Positions 1 to 8,400 of a stretch of DNA of 32,000 nt are shown in pieces. Made by a program: the position numbers and the translations under genes. A model generated the notes under the pieces. The model made no database searches and was not told the origin of the DNA. It worked only from the letters and a program-made list of their open reading frames with translations. This DNA comes from Wolbachia endosymbiont of Cimex lectularius. Its GTDB lineage: Bacteria; Pseudomonadota; Alphaproteobacteria; Rickettsiales; Anaplasmataceae. Each line of letters opens with the position of its first letter. The stretch's first letter is position 1. Where the stretch lies: NCBI RefSeq assembly GCF_000829315.1, contig NZ_AP013028.1, forward strand, positions 810,001 to 842,000, written 5' to 3'.

Positions 1-264
1 AGGCATTGCATTAAAACAAAAACTGGTATTAACTGATAATTAGTACTCTGGTTTTATTATGGTGAGTATGTTAATAGTAAGTGGGGTTGGAAATGGTTGC
101 GAAAGCTGAAAAGAAAGATGAGAAAACTAGCCTGGGAAGCAAAATACTAGATTACGTGCCGTGGAGAACGGCACTCACAGTTGCTGCTTTGCTATTCCAG
201 TTGTTGGTCCTGTTGCTGGTACAGTTGTTGGAACTTTAGCATATGGTAATTATAGGAAGAATAA

Positions 265-1125
265 GAACCTGTTTAAAATCTTCGTAACAGGAGAGAAATG
301 AAGGAGAGGACTATCATCTGTAAGCTAGTGTTGAGCTTCCGCTCGCAATTTTTCCACAATCGCCTGCACTTTTCTAACCAGGCAAAAGAGCGTTCAACAA
401 CCCATCTTTTTGGCAATACGACGAAAGTGTGTAACTCACTTCGCTTTATTACTTCAACAGTCGCACCAATGATAGCTTTTATTTGTGTTGCAAAATTTTC
501 TCCTGTGTAGCCAGCATCAACCAGTATGTTTTTAACTTCAGAGAGGTTTGCTTTAGCATTTTCGACCATTTTCACAGTACTGCTACGGTCAGTTGCTTCT
601 GCCGTTGTTACATAAATTGCATGTGGCAAACCTTGTGTATCAACTGCAATATGGCGCTTTATCCCTGAAATCTTTTTACCTGCATCATAGCCTTTTTTTT
701 TCAGCAGTATCTGCGTTTTTAACGCTTTGAGAATCAATTATACAAAAGCTAGTTTTCTCTTTCCGACCATTGCTGATACGGACCTCTCCAACTAATTTTT
801 TTTAAGACTAATTCCAACAAGCTTGGCTCTTCTCCATTCTTTTTACTCCACACTCGAAAATAGTAATATACGCTTTCCCATCTTGGAAAACCCTTTGGTA
901 ACATCCTCCACTGACAACCACTTTTTAAGACGTACAACACCCCACAAAATACGTCATACAAATCAAGTTTTCTTGGTTTTGTTTTCTGCTTGCTACTCTC
1001 CAAAATTGGCCTGATTTTTTCAAACTGCTCTTGACTTATATTACTTGGATAACTTTTCTGCATAGACACCTCATTATTAATCTATGCTTACTTTACCTCA
1101 CATTTCCAAGATTTTAAACAGGTTC
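265..1125 (-). mobile_element. IS5-family (IS1031-like) insertion sequence, copy 1; two transposase ORFs in different frames
   Basis: Termini GAACCTGTTTAAAATCTT / AAGATTTTAAACAGGTTC. ORFs 749..1069 and 273..737. DDE signatures IIDSQSVKN, VDAGYTGE and VVERSFAWLEKCRRLWKNCERKL. 861 bp. Confidence 0.93.
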
Positions 1126-1148
1126 TTACGAAGATTTTAAACAGGTTC
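1126..1148 (+). repeat. Orphan terminal fragment of a second IS copy abutting copy 1
   Basis: TTAcgaagattttaaacaggttc matches the transposase-3' terminus of plus-oriented copies (e.g. end of copy 2), and is followed by TAA matching the TAA left of copy 1 (262-264). Confidence 0.88.
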
Positions 1149-1933
1149 TAAGAAAAATGGGCTTGAAAAAGCTTGGGATGAACATTGCAAAAACGAGAAA
1201 GCTCCTGATGATAAAAAAACTGACCAGTACAAAAAGAAATTTGAAGAATTTTACAATCTAGGTACAAATTATACTAACCTATTACCAAAGGAAGAAGCCG
1301 GAAATTATCGACCATTTGCAAAACAGGTCTTTAAGGAGATGTTTAAACACGCTGGAGCTCAAGTTCCAAGCGACCCTATCTTGGAAGAACTAGTTACCCA
1401 TTGCAACCAAGCAGGATATGAAGGTGCTTTATTTACACAAATTAGCCTTAGTAAGTATGGTCTAATGCTACAAAATCCTGTAAAAGTGATAAATATTGAC
1501 TGTACTGATATAAATCACATAACAGTGAAATCTGATATGATAATACCTATAGTGAAATCTGATGATCCAGAAGAAGAAGCTTGCCGGATAAATAGCTCAC
1601 TAGAATTCACACTTGAATCTCAAGATGGAAAAGATGGTGTAACATATAAAGATGGTAAATTATTACTCACTATTTCTGAGAAGCTAAAAGACTACCCAGT
1701 TGTTGATGAAATGCAACAAAGTAAAAGTTTATTTGATGTCATTAAAGAAATTTTTCTCCAATTGATTGAGAAAGTTTTTGGCCATACTAATGATATAAAA
1801 ATAATAGAAGAGAACGATGTGATTACAATGGCAGGCAGCTTTGGTAAGTCATTGAAAGTAAAGAGTACACTAAAGGAAGTCAAGCCAATAATGAGTGACA
1901 TTGCTCGGAACAAATAGTAGTAAAAAACTGCAT

Positions 1934-2824
1934 CTAGTCAAAAGAGAGTGAAAATTCTTCTACACAATCAATCACTTCAGAACTTGAAAATTGATTTTTA
2001 AACCAAGTGTACTGGCGCTTTGCGTAGTGCCTTGTGTTTGTTTGAGCAATTTGTATTGCTTCATTTAAATTGAGCTCACCTTTTAAGTATTTTATAATTT
2101 CTGGCACTCCGTGTGCTTTCATAGCTGGCAAATGTGGAGCTAGGTTCATGCTAAGTAACTTTTCTACTTCATCAATTGCTCCATTTTCAACCATTTTAAT
2201 AAAACGAGAATTTATTTTTCGGTATACGTTTCCACGCTCAGGCAAAATTGTATATATCTTAAAATTATTGAATAAAGGAGGCCGTCTATTTTCTTGCCAT
2301 ACGAAAATTGACTTACCAGTTTCAGTGATAACTTCAAGTGCCCTTGAAAGGCGGTGCGAGTCGTTCATGAATATTTTACCTTGAATTTTTGAGTCTTTGC
2401 TTAGCGCTAATTTGTAGAACTCCTCTCTACTTAAATTTTTTCTAAGTTCACTTACATTTTGCCTTACTTCCTGGCTTATTTGTGGAATTGACGATAAGCC
2501 CTTGATTAAGCTGCTGATATAAAGCCCACTCCCTCCAGTGATGACAGGTATTCGTGAATTCTCCAGCGCACTATTGACTTCTCTTTTTAAATCCTCTAGC
2601 CATAAACCTACGGAATAATTTTCTCTTGCTGAAACATAACCATATAGTTTATAAAATTTTTCTTGCCTTGGTGGCTGAGCAGTGATTATAGGAATTTCTC
2701 TATATACCTGCTTCGAATCACAGTTTATTATGTCAATATTCCCATATCTTTTCATCAAGTTATCGCATAATTCTGATTTACCTGAAGCTGTAATTCCTGT
2801 AATAATTACTAGATTATCTCTCAT
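1934..2824 (-). CDS. miaA: tRNA dimethylallyltransferase
   Basis: 296 aa; P-loop GITASGKS, NCDSKQVYREIPIITAQP, ITGGSGLYISSLIKG, MPAMKAHGVPEIIKYLKGE, QTRHYAKRQYTWF. Confidence 0.95.
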   Translation of the reverse strand: MRDNLVIITGITASGKSELCDNLMKRYGNIDIINCDSKQVYREIPIITAQPPRQEKFYKLYGYVSARENYSVGLWLEDLKREVNSALENSRIPVITGGSGLYISSLIKGLSSIPQISQEVRQNVSELRKNLSREEFYKLALSKDSKIQGKIFMNDSHRLSRALEVITETGKSIFVWQENRRPPLFNNFKIYTILPERGNVYRKINSRFIKMVENGAIDEVEKLLSMNLAPHLPAMKAHGVPEIIKYLKGELNLNEAIQIAQTNTRHYAKRQYTWFKNQFSSSEVIDCVEEFSLSFD

Positions 2825-2899
2825 TTATATTAATTTAATTAACGTATGATAGGGTGTAGTAAAAATTTGGATTCTACAATCTAAAGTTTGGAGATTTTT

Positions 2900-3370
2900 A
2901 TGACAGAGAACAACGATAATAACTCATTTACTAAGCGTTTCACAAACAGGACTCCTGGCGACACAGGAGGAGGTTTTTCCAGTAAGTATTCATCCCAAAA
3001 CACCAAAGAGCGTGCACTGGGGGAAAGAGGAAAAATCTCTCAGCTAGCAAGCAAAAAAACTGAATCCAAAGAAGCTTTTTCTGAAAGTGGCAGCATAAAA
3101 AGTAAAAGCAGAACTGTCAATGAGAGATCCTTTGCTGATGCAACAAGAAGAAGCAGATCAGATCTCATATATTTAGTTCGTGGTAAAGATCATGGAAGAT
3201 CAGCATGGCATTATGTATTGGTCGATAAGGATAAGAAAGAGATGTTTCTTGCAAAAAGTAAGACTGGCTCCATGGATGTTGCAGATTATGGAGAGATTTT
3301 ATATTCAGAATGGGGAGAAGATCCACCACAAGAAATAGTTGATAAAATCAATGAAGAGTTTGGGCTATAA
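2900..3370 (+). CDS. Hypothetical protein, Gly/Ser/Lys-rich N-terminus with a conserved-looking C-terminal segment
   Basis: ORF 2888..3370; likely start MTENNDNNSF at 2900. No family recognised. Confidence 0.55.
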   Translation: MTENNDNNSFTKRFTNRTPGDTGGGFSSKYSSQNTKERALGERGKISQLASKKTESKEAFSESGSIKSKSRTVNERSFADATRRSRSDLIYLVRGKDHGRSAWHYVLVDKDKKEMFLAKSKTGSMDVADYGEILYSEWGEDPPQEIVDKINEEFGL

Positions 3371-3469
3371 CAAATCTGCTGCGAGCCCTACATTGGACTT
3401 TTGCATAACCGAAACTGAAAAATTTTGGCGTTTTTTGTGTGCTCTTAAGTTGCTTAGCTATGAGTATTA

Positions 3470-3650
3470 AGAAATTTACCAAACGAGAAAAAAAGCAAAA
3501 GAAGCCTCGTTGGTGGCTAATTATTTATATTAACTTTATAAATTGGCGTTTTTTTATTCTAAACGTCTAATCTAGCTGCTTTTAAACTACAACAGACCTT
3601 AGTTTAAATATTAAAAAAACTTACTAAGCAGAAAAAAAGGCAAAAGAAAC
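3470..3650 (+). repeat. Two degenerate copies of an A-rich dispersed repeat
   Basis: aagaaatttaccaaacgagaaaaaaagcaaaagaagcc (about 3472) and aaaaaaacttactaagcagaaaaaaaggcaaaagaaaccc (about 3611). A third related copy is near 12971 (aagaaatttactaaactaagaaaaaaagcaaaagaagccc). Confidence 0.6.
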
Positions 3651-3831
3651 CCAGAGCAGCTAGTATTCAAATTCTCCCTTGTTCTATTTGACGTTCTATA
3701 CTGTCTTAAACGACTTATAAGCGCGTTTCAGCTTGTATAGGCAAAAACCTAGAAGTTTTATGAAGACATGGAGTGCACATAGTGCGAAAAATTAAACATG
3801 AGACGCCAAATACAAAGTTTCCTCTGTCGTT

Positions 3832-5469
3832 TTAATCTGCAGATTGCGAAGTTAAATGAATAGCTTCACTACTATGGTATGTAGTACAATGATACAAATT
3901 AAAAATCTTCCCATCCTCCGCTGGTTCTTCGATCTGAAATCTTATTTCCACCTGGTCACGGCCTATGTCTATTCGTCCTATCAGTGCTTTAATAATACCA
4001 CGTTTAGTTCCCCAATCTAGCTGTTCCAAGTTCGATTTCATACTAGAATAAAAATTCTTTATGCTACTTATAATACGGTTTATTCCCGTTTTTACTGCCC
4101 TTTGATTAGTCACCTTCTTTTTCTCTTCTTCTATTTCTTTTAAACTTTCATTCAATACTCTGATTGTCTGTTCAAGTACTTCCTTACTTATATATCGTTT
4201 CTCACCTGCGTTTCCTTTACTATAATAATCTTTCATTAATTCTTTTATACCTTCTTTTATTTGTTCTTCTCTTCTTGCAAGCTTTTTACCTAATGGTTCA
4301 TCACTTTTATTTTCTGAAATTCTGCGTTGGTACTCCTTTTTTATCATCTCTGGGTTTTTTAGCAAATCTTTTACCTTTTCCCATACTGCTGTCTCTAACA
4401 TCTCTCTACGAACCAATTTATTGTTACATTTTTCCTCACCATCAGTAATATGTGAGGTACTACTACAGCGATAATAGCTATACGTTTTTTTCCCATCCCT
4501 ATGGTGCACGCCGCCATAAGCATATCCACAGTTTTTACATACAACTAGACTTTGCAGTAAATTTACCTCTTTCCTTCTCTGCATTCTTGCTCTTTTTCTA
4601 TTTTCATCCAGTTGCTTTTGTACCTTATTAAATAATCCTTCATCAACTATCTTTGGTACTGGTATATAAATCCAACTATCTTTATCTGCACGATAGATAG
4701 AAACCTTTTGTTTATTTTTTCTTCTTCTTTTTACCCTTTTTAATTTACCAAACGCTGCTTGTCCCATATACGCTGGATTTCTTAACATCTTCCAAATTAC
4801 TATTGGACGCCAAACCTTTTTTCCACTCCTCGTTCTAATTGACCTATCTCTTAGTCTACGTATAACTTCCCTTATACTTACTCTTTCTTGTCCTATCCAC
4901 ACGAATATTTGCCTTACTATTTTTGCTTCTTCTTCATTTATTTCAAATTTTATCTTTTCTCTATCAAAATGCCTTACACGCTTATAACCAAGAGGCGCAA
5001 TAGTAATTACACTTACATAACCTTCTCTTGCTGCATGTTCTTTTCCTCTACTACTCCGTTCTACAGTTTGTTTTAGTGTATAAGTTCCAAGTGCTCCTTG
5101 CACATCTGTCATTAAACCGGACTCTGAAGTATCATCAACCTTATGATTTGAAAAGATTACTTCTACTCCTGCATCTATAAATTCATCTATTAAATTTCTT
5201 TGATCTACAAAATCACGTGACAAACGATCAAGTGAATGAATATAAATTTTGTTAATTTCTCCTTCCGCTACTTTTTTACGTAAATTCTTTAAACCTTCAC
5301 GCTTCAAAGTTAATCCACTATAACCATCGTCAGTGAATATATATTCACCCAATAATTTATGTCCATCTAGGGCAATTCTACGCTTAAGCTCTGCAATTTG
5401 GCTCTCTATTGTATTGTTCTGCGCTTGGTTCTTCGATGAAACTCTCGCATATAAGGCCACTGTTGTCAT
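3832..5469 (-). CDS. Large serine recombinase (resolvase/integrase), compatible with a phage WO-type integrase
   Basis: 545 aa; N-terminal VALYARVSSKNQAQNNTIESQ...HSLDRLSRDFVD; recombinase domain PLGYKRV...REVIRRLRDRSIRTRSGKKVWRPIVIWKMLRNPAYMGQA; zinc ribbon VVCKNCGYAYGG...YYRCSS; coiled-coil. Confidence 0.93.
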   Translation of the reverse strand: MTTVALYARVSSKNQAQNNTIESQIAELKRRIALDGHKLLGEYIFTDDGYSGLTLKREGLKNLRKKVAEGEINKIYIHSLDRLSRDFVDQRNLIDEFIDAGVEVIFSNHKVDDTSESGLMTDVQGALGTYTLKQTVERSSRGKEHAAREGYVSVITIAPLGYKRVRHFDREKIKFEINEEEAKIVRQIFVWIGQERVSIREVIRRLRDRSIRTRSGKKVWRPIVIWKMLRNPAYMGQAAFGKLKRVKRRRKNKQKVSIYRADKDSWIYIPVPKIVDEGLFNKVQKQLDENRKRARMQRRKEVNLLQSLVVCKNCGYAYGGVHHRDGKKTYSYYRCSSTSHITDGEEKCNNKLVRREMLETAVWEKVKDLLKNPEMIKKEYQRRISENKSDEPLGKKLARREEQIKEGIKELMKDYYSKGNAGEKRYISKEVLEQTIRVLNESLKEIEEEKKKVTNQRAVKTGINRIISSIKNFYSSMKSNLEQLDWGTKRGIIKALIGRIDIGRDQVEIRFQIEEPAEDGKIFNLYHCTTYHSSEAIHLTSQSAD

Positions 5470-5602
5470 TTTTTTCTACCTCCTTTTCATTGTTTCTTTT
5501 TACTGCAAATTCTAATAACAGATCGTAAGCGTCTGCTAGATGTTGCTCTGCTAATTCATCAGACTCATACCGACAAGTTACAGTTAATACCTTTTTTCTC
5601 AT
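5384..5602 (-). CDS. Small hypothetical ORF overlapping the 5' end of the serine recombinase gene
   Basis: 72 aa, MRKKVLTVTCRYESDELAEQHLADAYDLLLEFAVKRNNEKEVEK...; overlaps the recombinase start by ~86 bp in another frame. Confidence 0.4.
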   Translation of the reverse strand: MRKKVLTVTCRYESDELAEQHLADAYDLLLEFAVKRNNEKEVEKNDNSGLICESFIEEPSAEQYNREPNCRA

Positions 5603-5853
5603 GTTTTTTCCTGTGAATGTCTTTGTAGTTTGGGAGCCTTACCACTCCCTTTTTCCATAAATCAGCTACCCTTACGAAAAAGACGCAACTGTTGTTTCTC
5701 TCAGCTTTTGTGTGAAATTTTAAAAATGAAAAGACGCGTTAAAACGCTCCTCTTTATCCATAGTTCCAGCAATTTCCAATTCATACCAAATAGAACATAA
5801 ATTCGCTTAAACCTACAGTTATAGGCAAAAAGCTCCAGCTTGAAGCTCTTTGG

Positions 5854-6422
5854 CTACCTCTTTTCCTCCAGCTCTTTATCCGCTTCTATCAGCTCTTCCT
5901 CTGCCAATATCACACCGGCTACGGTCTTTTCCAGAAATTCTCCCTGTTTTTTTGCGATTTTTACGCCCTCTAACACTTCCGTTATTTCTTTATTATTTCT
6001 AGCATAATCAATTGGTGTTTTGCCGGATTTATCAGGTTGATCTACTTTTGCTCCAGCTTTTACTAATTCTTTTACTATTTCTACTTCCCATATCATGCAT
6101 GCCAGATGTAGTGGGGTGTATTTGTCATTACGTTCCGCGACGTTTACTTTCGCTCTGAACTTATTAGCTCCTTTACGTTTTCTAGGTGCTCTCCTATTAC
6201 AGCTAGGTGCATTGGTACATAACCCTCCCACATCTGCAGAATTTATATCTGCTCCTTTTTTGATCAATAATCTCACTGTTTTTGGACGGAATTTCCCACT
6301 GCATAATGCAATATCGTTCTTCCTTTTTCGTCTTTTTTATTAATATTTTTAAATGAGTTCTCTAATAATTTTTCCCACGATTTATTAAATTCCTCTCTTT
6401 CTTTTTTACTAAATTTTACCAT
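5854..6422 (-). pseudogene. Ankyrin-repeat protein gene with a probable frameshift and a non-ankyrin insert (array member A)
   Basis: N-terminus MVKFSKKEREEFNKSWEKLLENSFKNINKKDEKGRTILHYA from 6422. A frame change near 6290-6310 leads to RLLIKKGADINSAD...YTPLHLACMIWEVEIVKELVKAGAKVDQPDKSGKTPIDYARNN. The span is 569 nt, not a multiple of 3. Confidence 0.7.
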
Positions 6423-6656
6423 GATGCTCCTCAACTATTAAATCCATATAAAATTGCCTAATTTGGCTTACTTTGTAGCACTAGGTGAATTTTTTATGTT
6501 TACCCACTACTATTTTAGCTATGTCTTTTTTACTATCAAAAGCAAGTTTTTTTTTGAAAAATATACACATTTTTTTGAATATTAATGCGGCATATTAAGA
6601 TATAAACCTATATGCTTAACCTATTAAACAAAAGCAAACTTGCTCACTACCTTTCG
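6423..6656 (-). repeat. Conserved intergenic module copy 1, upstream of ankyrin gene A
   Basis: catataaaattgcctaattt...gtgaattttttatgtttacccactacta...aaaagcaagtttttttttgaaaaatatacaca...attaagatataaacctatatgctta. Confidence 0.8.
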
Positions 6657-7370
6657 TCAACCTTTTTGGCTAGTCTTTTCAGACAATAAGATTTCTTCTA
6701 TTTCATCTAAACTCACCACTTTTGTTCCACGTCTCTCCATTATTTCTTTTACTGCCTCGTTTGCTTTTCCATACATCGGAGGTACATCTCTCATGTTCAC
6801 TCCCTTCTTTTCTAGATGACTCGTCACCTTCGGGTAAATTTTTGCATAGTTTAGTGGACTACATCCAAATTTATCTATTGCCTCCATGTTTCCCCCTGCA
6901 TTTATTAGCACTTCTATTGTTTTTATTCCTACTCCTAGACATGCTAAATGTAGTGGTACTGCTCCGTTATCTGATATTGCATTTACCTCTGCCCCTCCTT
7001 TGAGCAGTGCTTCCACATTTTCTACCTTTTCTAAAAATGCAGCTAAGTGTAATGCTGTTTCTCCATTACCATCTCTAGCATTAATACTCGCACCTTCTTC
7101 TATTAATAACCTGATCATTCCGGCATCTGAAAGTTGTGCCGCAGAATGCAATACTGTACTACCTCCTATTAATCTTTCATTAATATTCCGAAGCGGGTTA
7201 CCTAAAAATGCTTCTATAAATTTGTTACAAAATTTTCCGTCATCTGAAAGTTGTGTCGCAGAATGCAATAACGTACGTTCTCTTTGTAATCTTTCGTTGG
7301 CATTTTGAGGCGGGTCATCTAAAAATGCTTCTATAAATTTGTAACAAAGCTCTATTGTTTCTTTATTCAT
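6657..7370 (-). CDS. Ankyrin-repeat protein (array member B)
   Basis: Track ORF 6657..7421 (254 aa). Alignment of flanking modules suggests the true start is internal, MNKETIELCYKFIEAFLDD at 7370. Repeats TLLHSATQLSD, NGETALHLAAFLEKVENVEALLKGGAEVNAISDNGAVPLHLACLGVGIKTIEVLINAGG. Confidence 0.82.
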   Translation of the reverse strand: MNKETIELCYKFIEAFLDDPPQNANERLQRERTLLHSATQLSDDGKFCNKFIEAFLGNPLRNINERLIGGSTVLHSAAQLSDAGMIRLLIEEGASINARDGNGETALHLAAFLEKVENVEALLKGGAEVNAISDNGAVPLHLACLGVGIKTIEVLINAGGNMEAIDKFGCSPLNYAKIYPKVTSHLEKKGVNMRDVPPMYGKANEAVKEIMERRGTKVVSLDEIEEILLSEKTSQKG

Positions 7371-7571
7371 GATATACCCCACTAAATATTGACTCATTTT
7401 AGGCATAGGTAATTTTTTCATGTTTACCTACACCTACTCAATTTATAGCCTTTTTGACATAGAAACAAGTTTTTTTTTACAAAATATACACACTTTTATC
7501 AAATATTAATGTATTATATTAAGATATAAATATATATACTTAGTATATTAAGTAAAAAGCAAACCTGCCTC
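7371..7571 (-). repeat. Conserved intergenic module copy 2, upstream of ankyrin gene B
   Basis: aggcataggtaattttttcatgtttacc...gaaacaagtttttttttacaaaatatacacacttttatcaaatattaatg...attaagatataaatatatatactta. Confidence 0.8.
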
Positions 7572-8192
7572 CTATTTCTCTTCAAGTAGTAAGGATTCTT
7601 TTTCTATTAATTCTACTACTTCCTTAAAACTCATCACTTCTCCCTCCGGTCCTCTATTACACCTTTCCATTATTTCTTTTATTGCCTCGTTTGCCTCTCC
7701 ATACACTGGAGTTACATCTCCCATATTCACTCCCTTCTTTTCTAGATAACTTGTCACCCTCGGATAAATTTTTGCATAGTTTAGTGGGCTGCATTCAAAC
7801 CTACCTATTGCATTCATATCTCCTCCTGCATTTATCAGTTCTTCTATTGTCCTTATTCCTCCTGCTAAACTTGCCAGGTGTAGTGGCACTGCTTTGTTAT
7901 TAGATCTTGCATTTACTTCGGCTCCGTTCTTTATCAGGGCTCTCACATTTTTTCTACGCCCTAAAAATGCTGCTAGATGCAACGGCGTTTCATTTCTATT
8001 ATTTCTCTCGTTAACGTTTGCTCCTTTTTTTATTAATAACTCTACTATTTCTGGCTCTGACACTTGAGCTGCACGGTGCAATACTGTACAACCATCTGTG
8101 TCTTTCTCATTTATTTGTTGAAACTCGTTTACTGATATTGCTTTCAATAAATTATAAAAAGCGTTTTTTGTTTCTTCTTTAAACTTTATCAT
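7572..8192 (-). CDS. Ankyrin-repeat protein (array member C), paralogue of gene B
   Basis: 206 aa; DGCTVLHRAAQVSEPEIVELLIKKGANVNERNNRNETPLHLAAFLGRRKNVRALIKNGAEVNARSNNKAVPLHLASLAGG. C-terminus YGEANEAIKEIMERC, as in gene B (YGKANEAVKEIMERR). Confidence 0.85.
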   Translation of the reverse strand: MIKFKEETKNAFYNLLKAISVNEFQQINEKDTDGCTVLHRAAQVSEPEIVELLIKKGANVNERNNRNETPLHLAAFLGRRKNVRALIKNGAEVNARSNNKAVPLHLASLAGGIRTIEELINAGGDMNAIGRFECSPLNYAKIYPRVTSYLEKKGVNMGDVTPVYGEANEAIKEIMERCNRGPEGEVMSFKEVVELIEKESLLLEEK

Positions 8193-8400
8193 GACTACCT
8201 CACTATAAATACTCTATAAAATTGCCTATTTTAGCTTTTTTCAGCAGTAGGTAAATTTTTTATGTTTACCCACTACTACTTAATTTATAGCTTTTTTAGC
8301 ATGAAAAAGCAAGTTTTTTTTTGGTTAACGTACCTTGTTTTTACTAAATATTAGCAAGATTATTAAGATGTAATATATAGACTTAACGCATTAAACATAT
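8193..8400 (-). repeat. Conserved intergenic module copy 3, upstream of ankyrin gene C
   Basis: ctataaaattgcctattttagc...gtaggtaaattttttatgtttacccactactac...aaaaagcaagtttttttttgg...attattaagatgtaatatatagactta. Confidence 0.8.

Larger units (their letters stand above)
93..1917 (+). pseudogene. Unknown-function protein gene, decayed: 1-nt frameshift in the N-terminal part plus an IS insertion
   Basis: ATG at 93 (MVAKAEKKDEKTSLGSKILDYVPWRTALTVAA). A frame change near 190 leads to AIPVVGPVAGTVVGTLAYGNYRKN. After removing IS + one TAA duplication, the frame continues as KKNGLEKAWDEHCKNEKAPDD...FKEMFKHAGAQVPSD into the 192-aa ORF 1339..1917. Confidence 0.75.

Noticed and set aside
298-510. Opposite-strand ORFs inside the IS copies (70, 61 and 63 aa, recurring at each copy)
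   Set aside because: They recur only because the IS is repeated, and lie antisense to the transposase frames; no independent coding evidence.
2888-3370. Possible toxin or effector role for the 160-aa protein next to the recombinase
   Set aside because: No recognisable toxin motif or partner gene; kept as hypothetical only.
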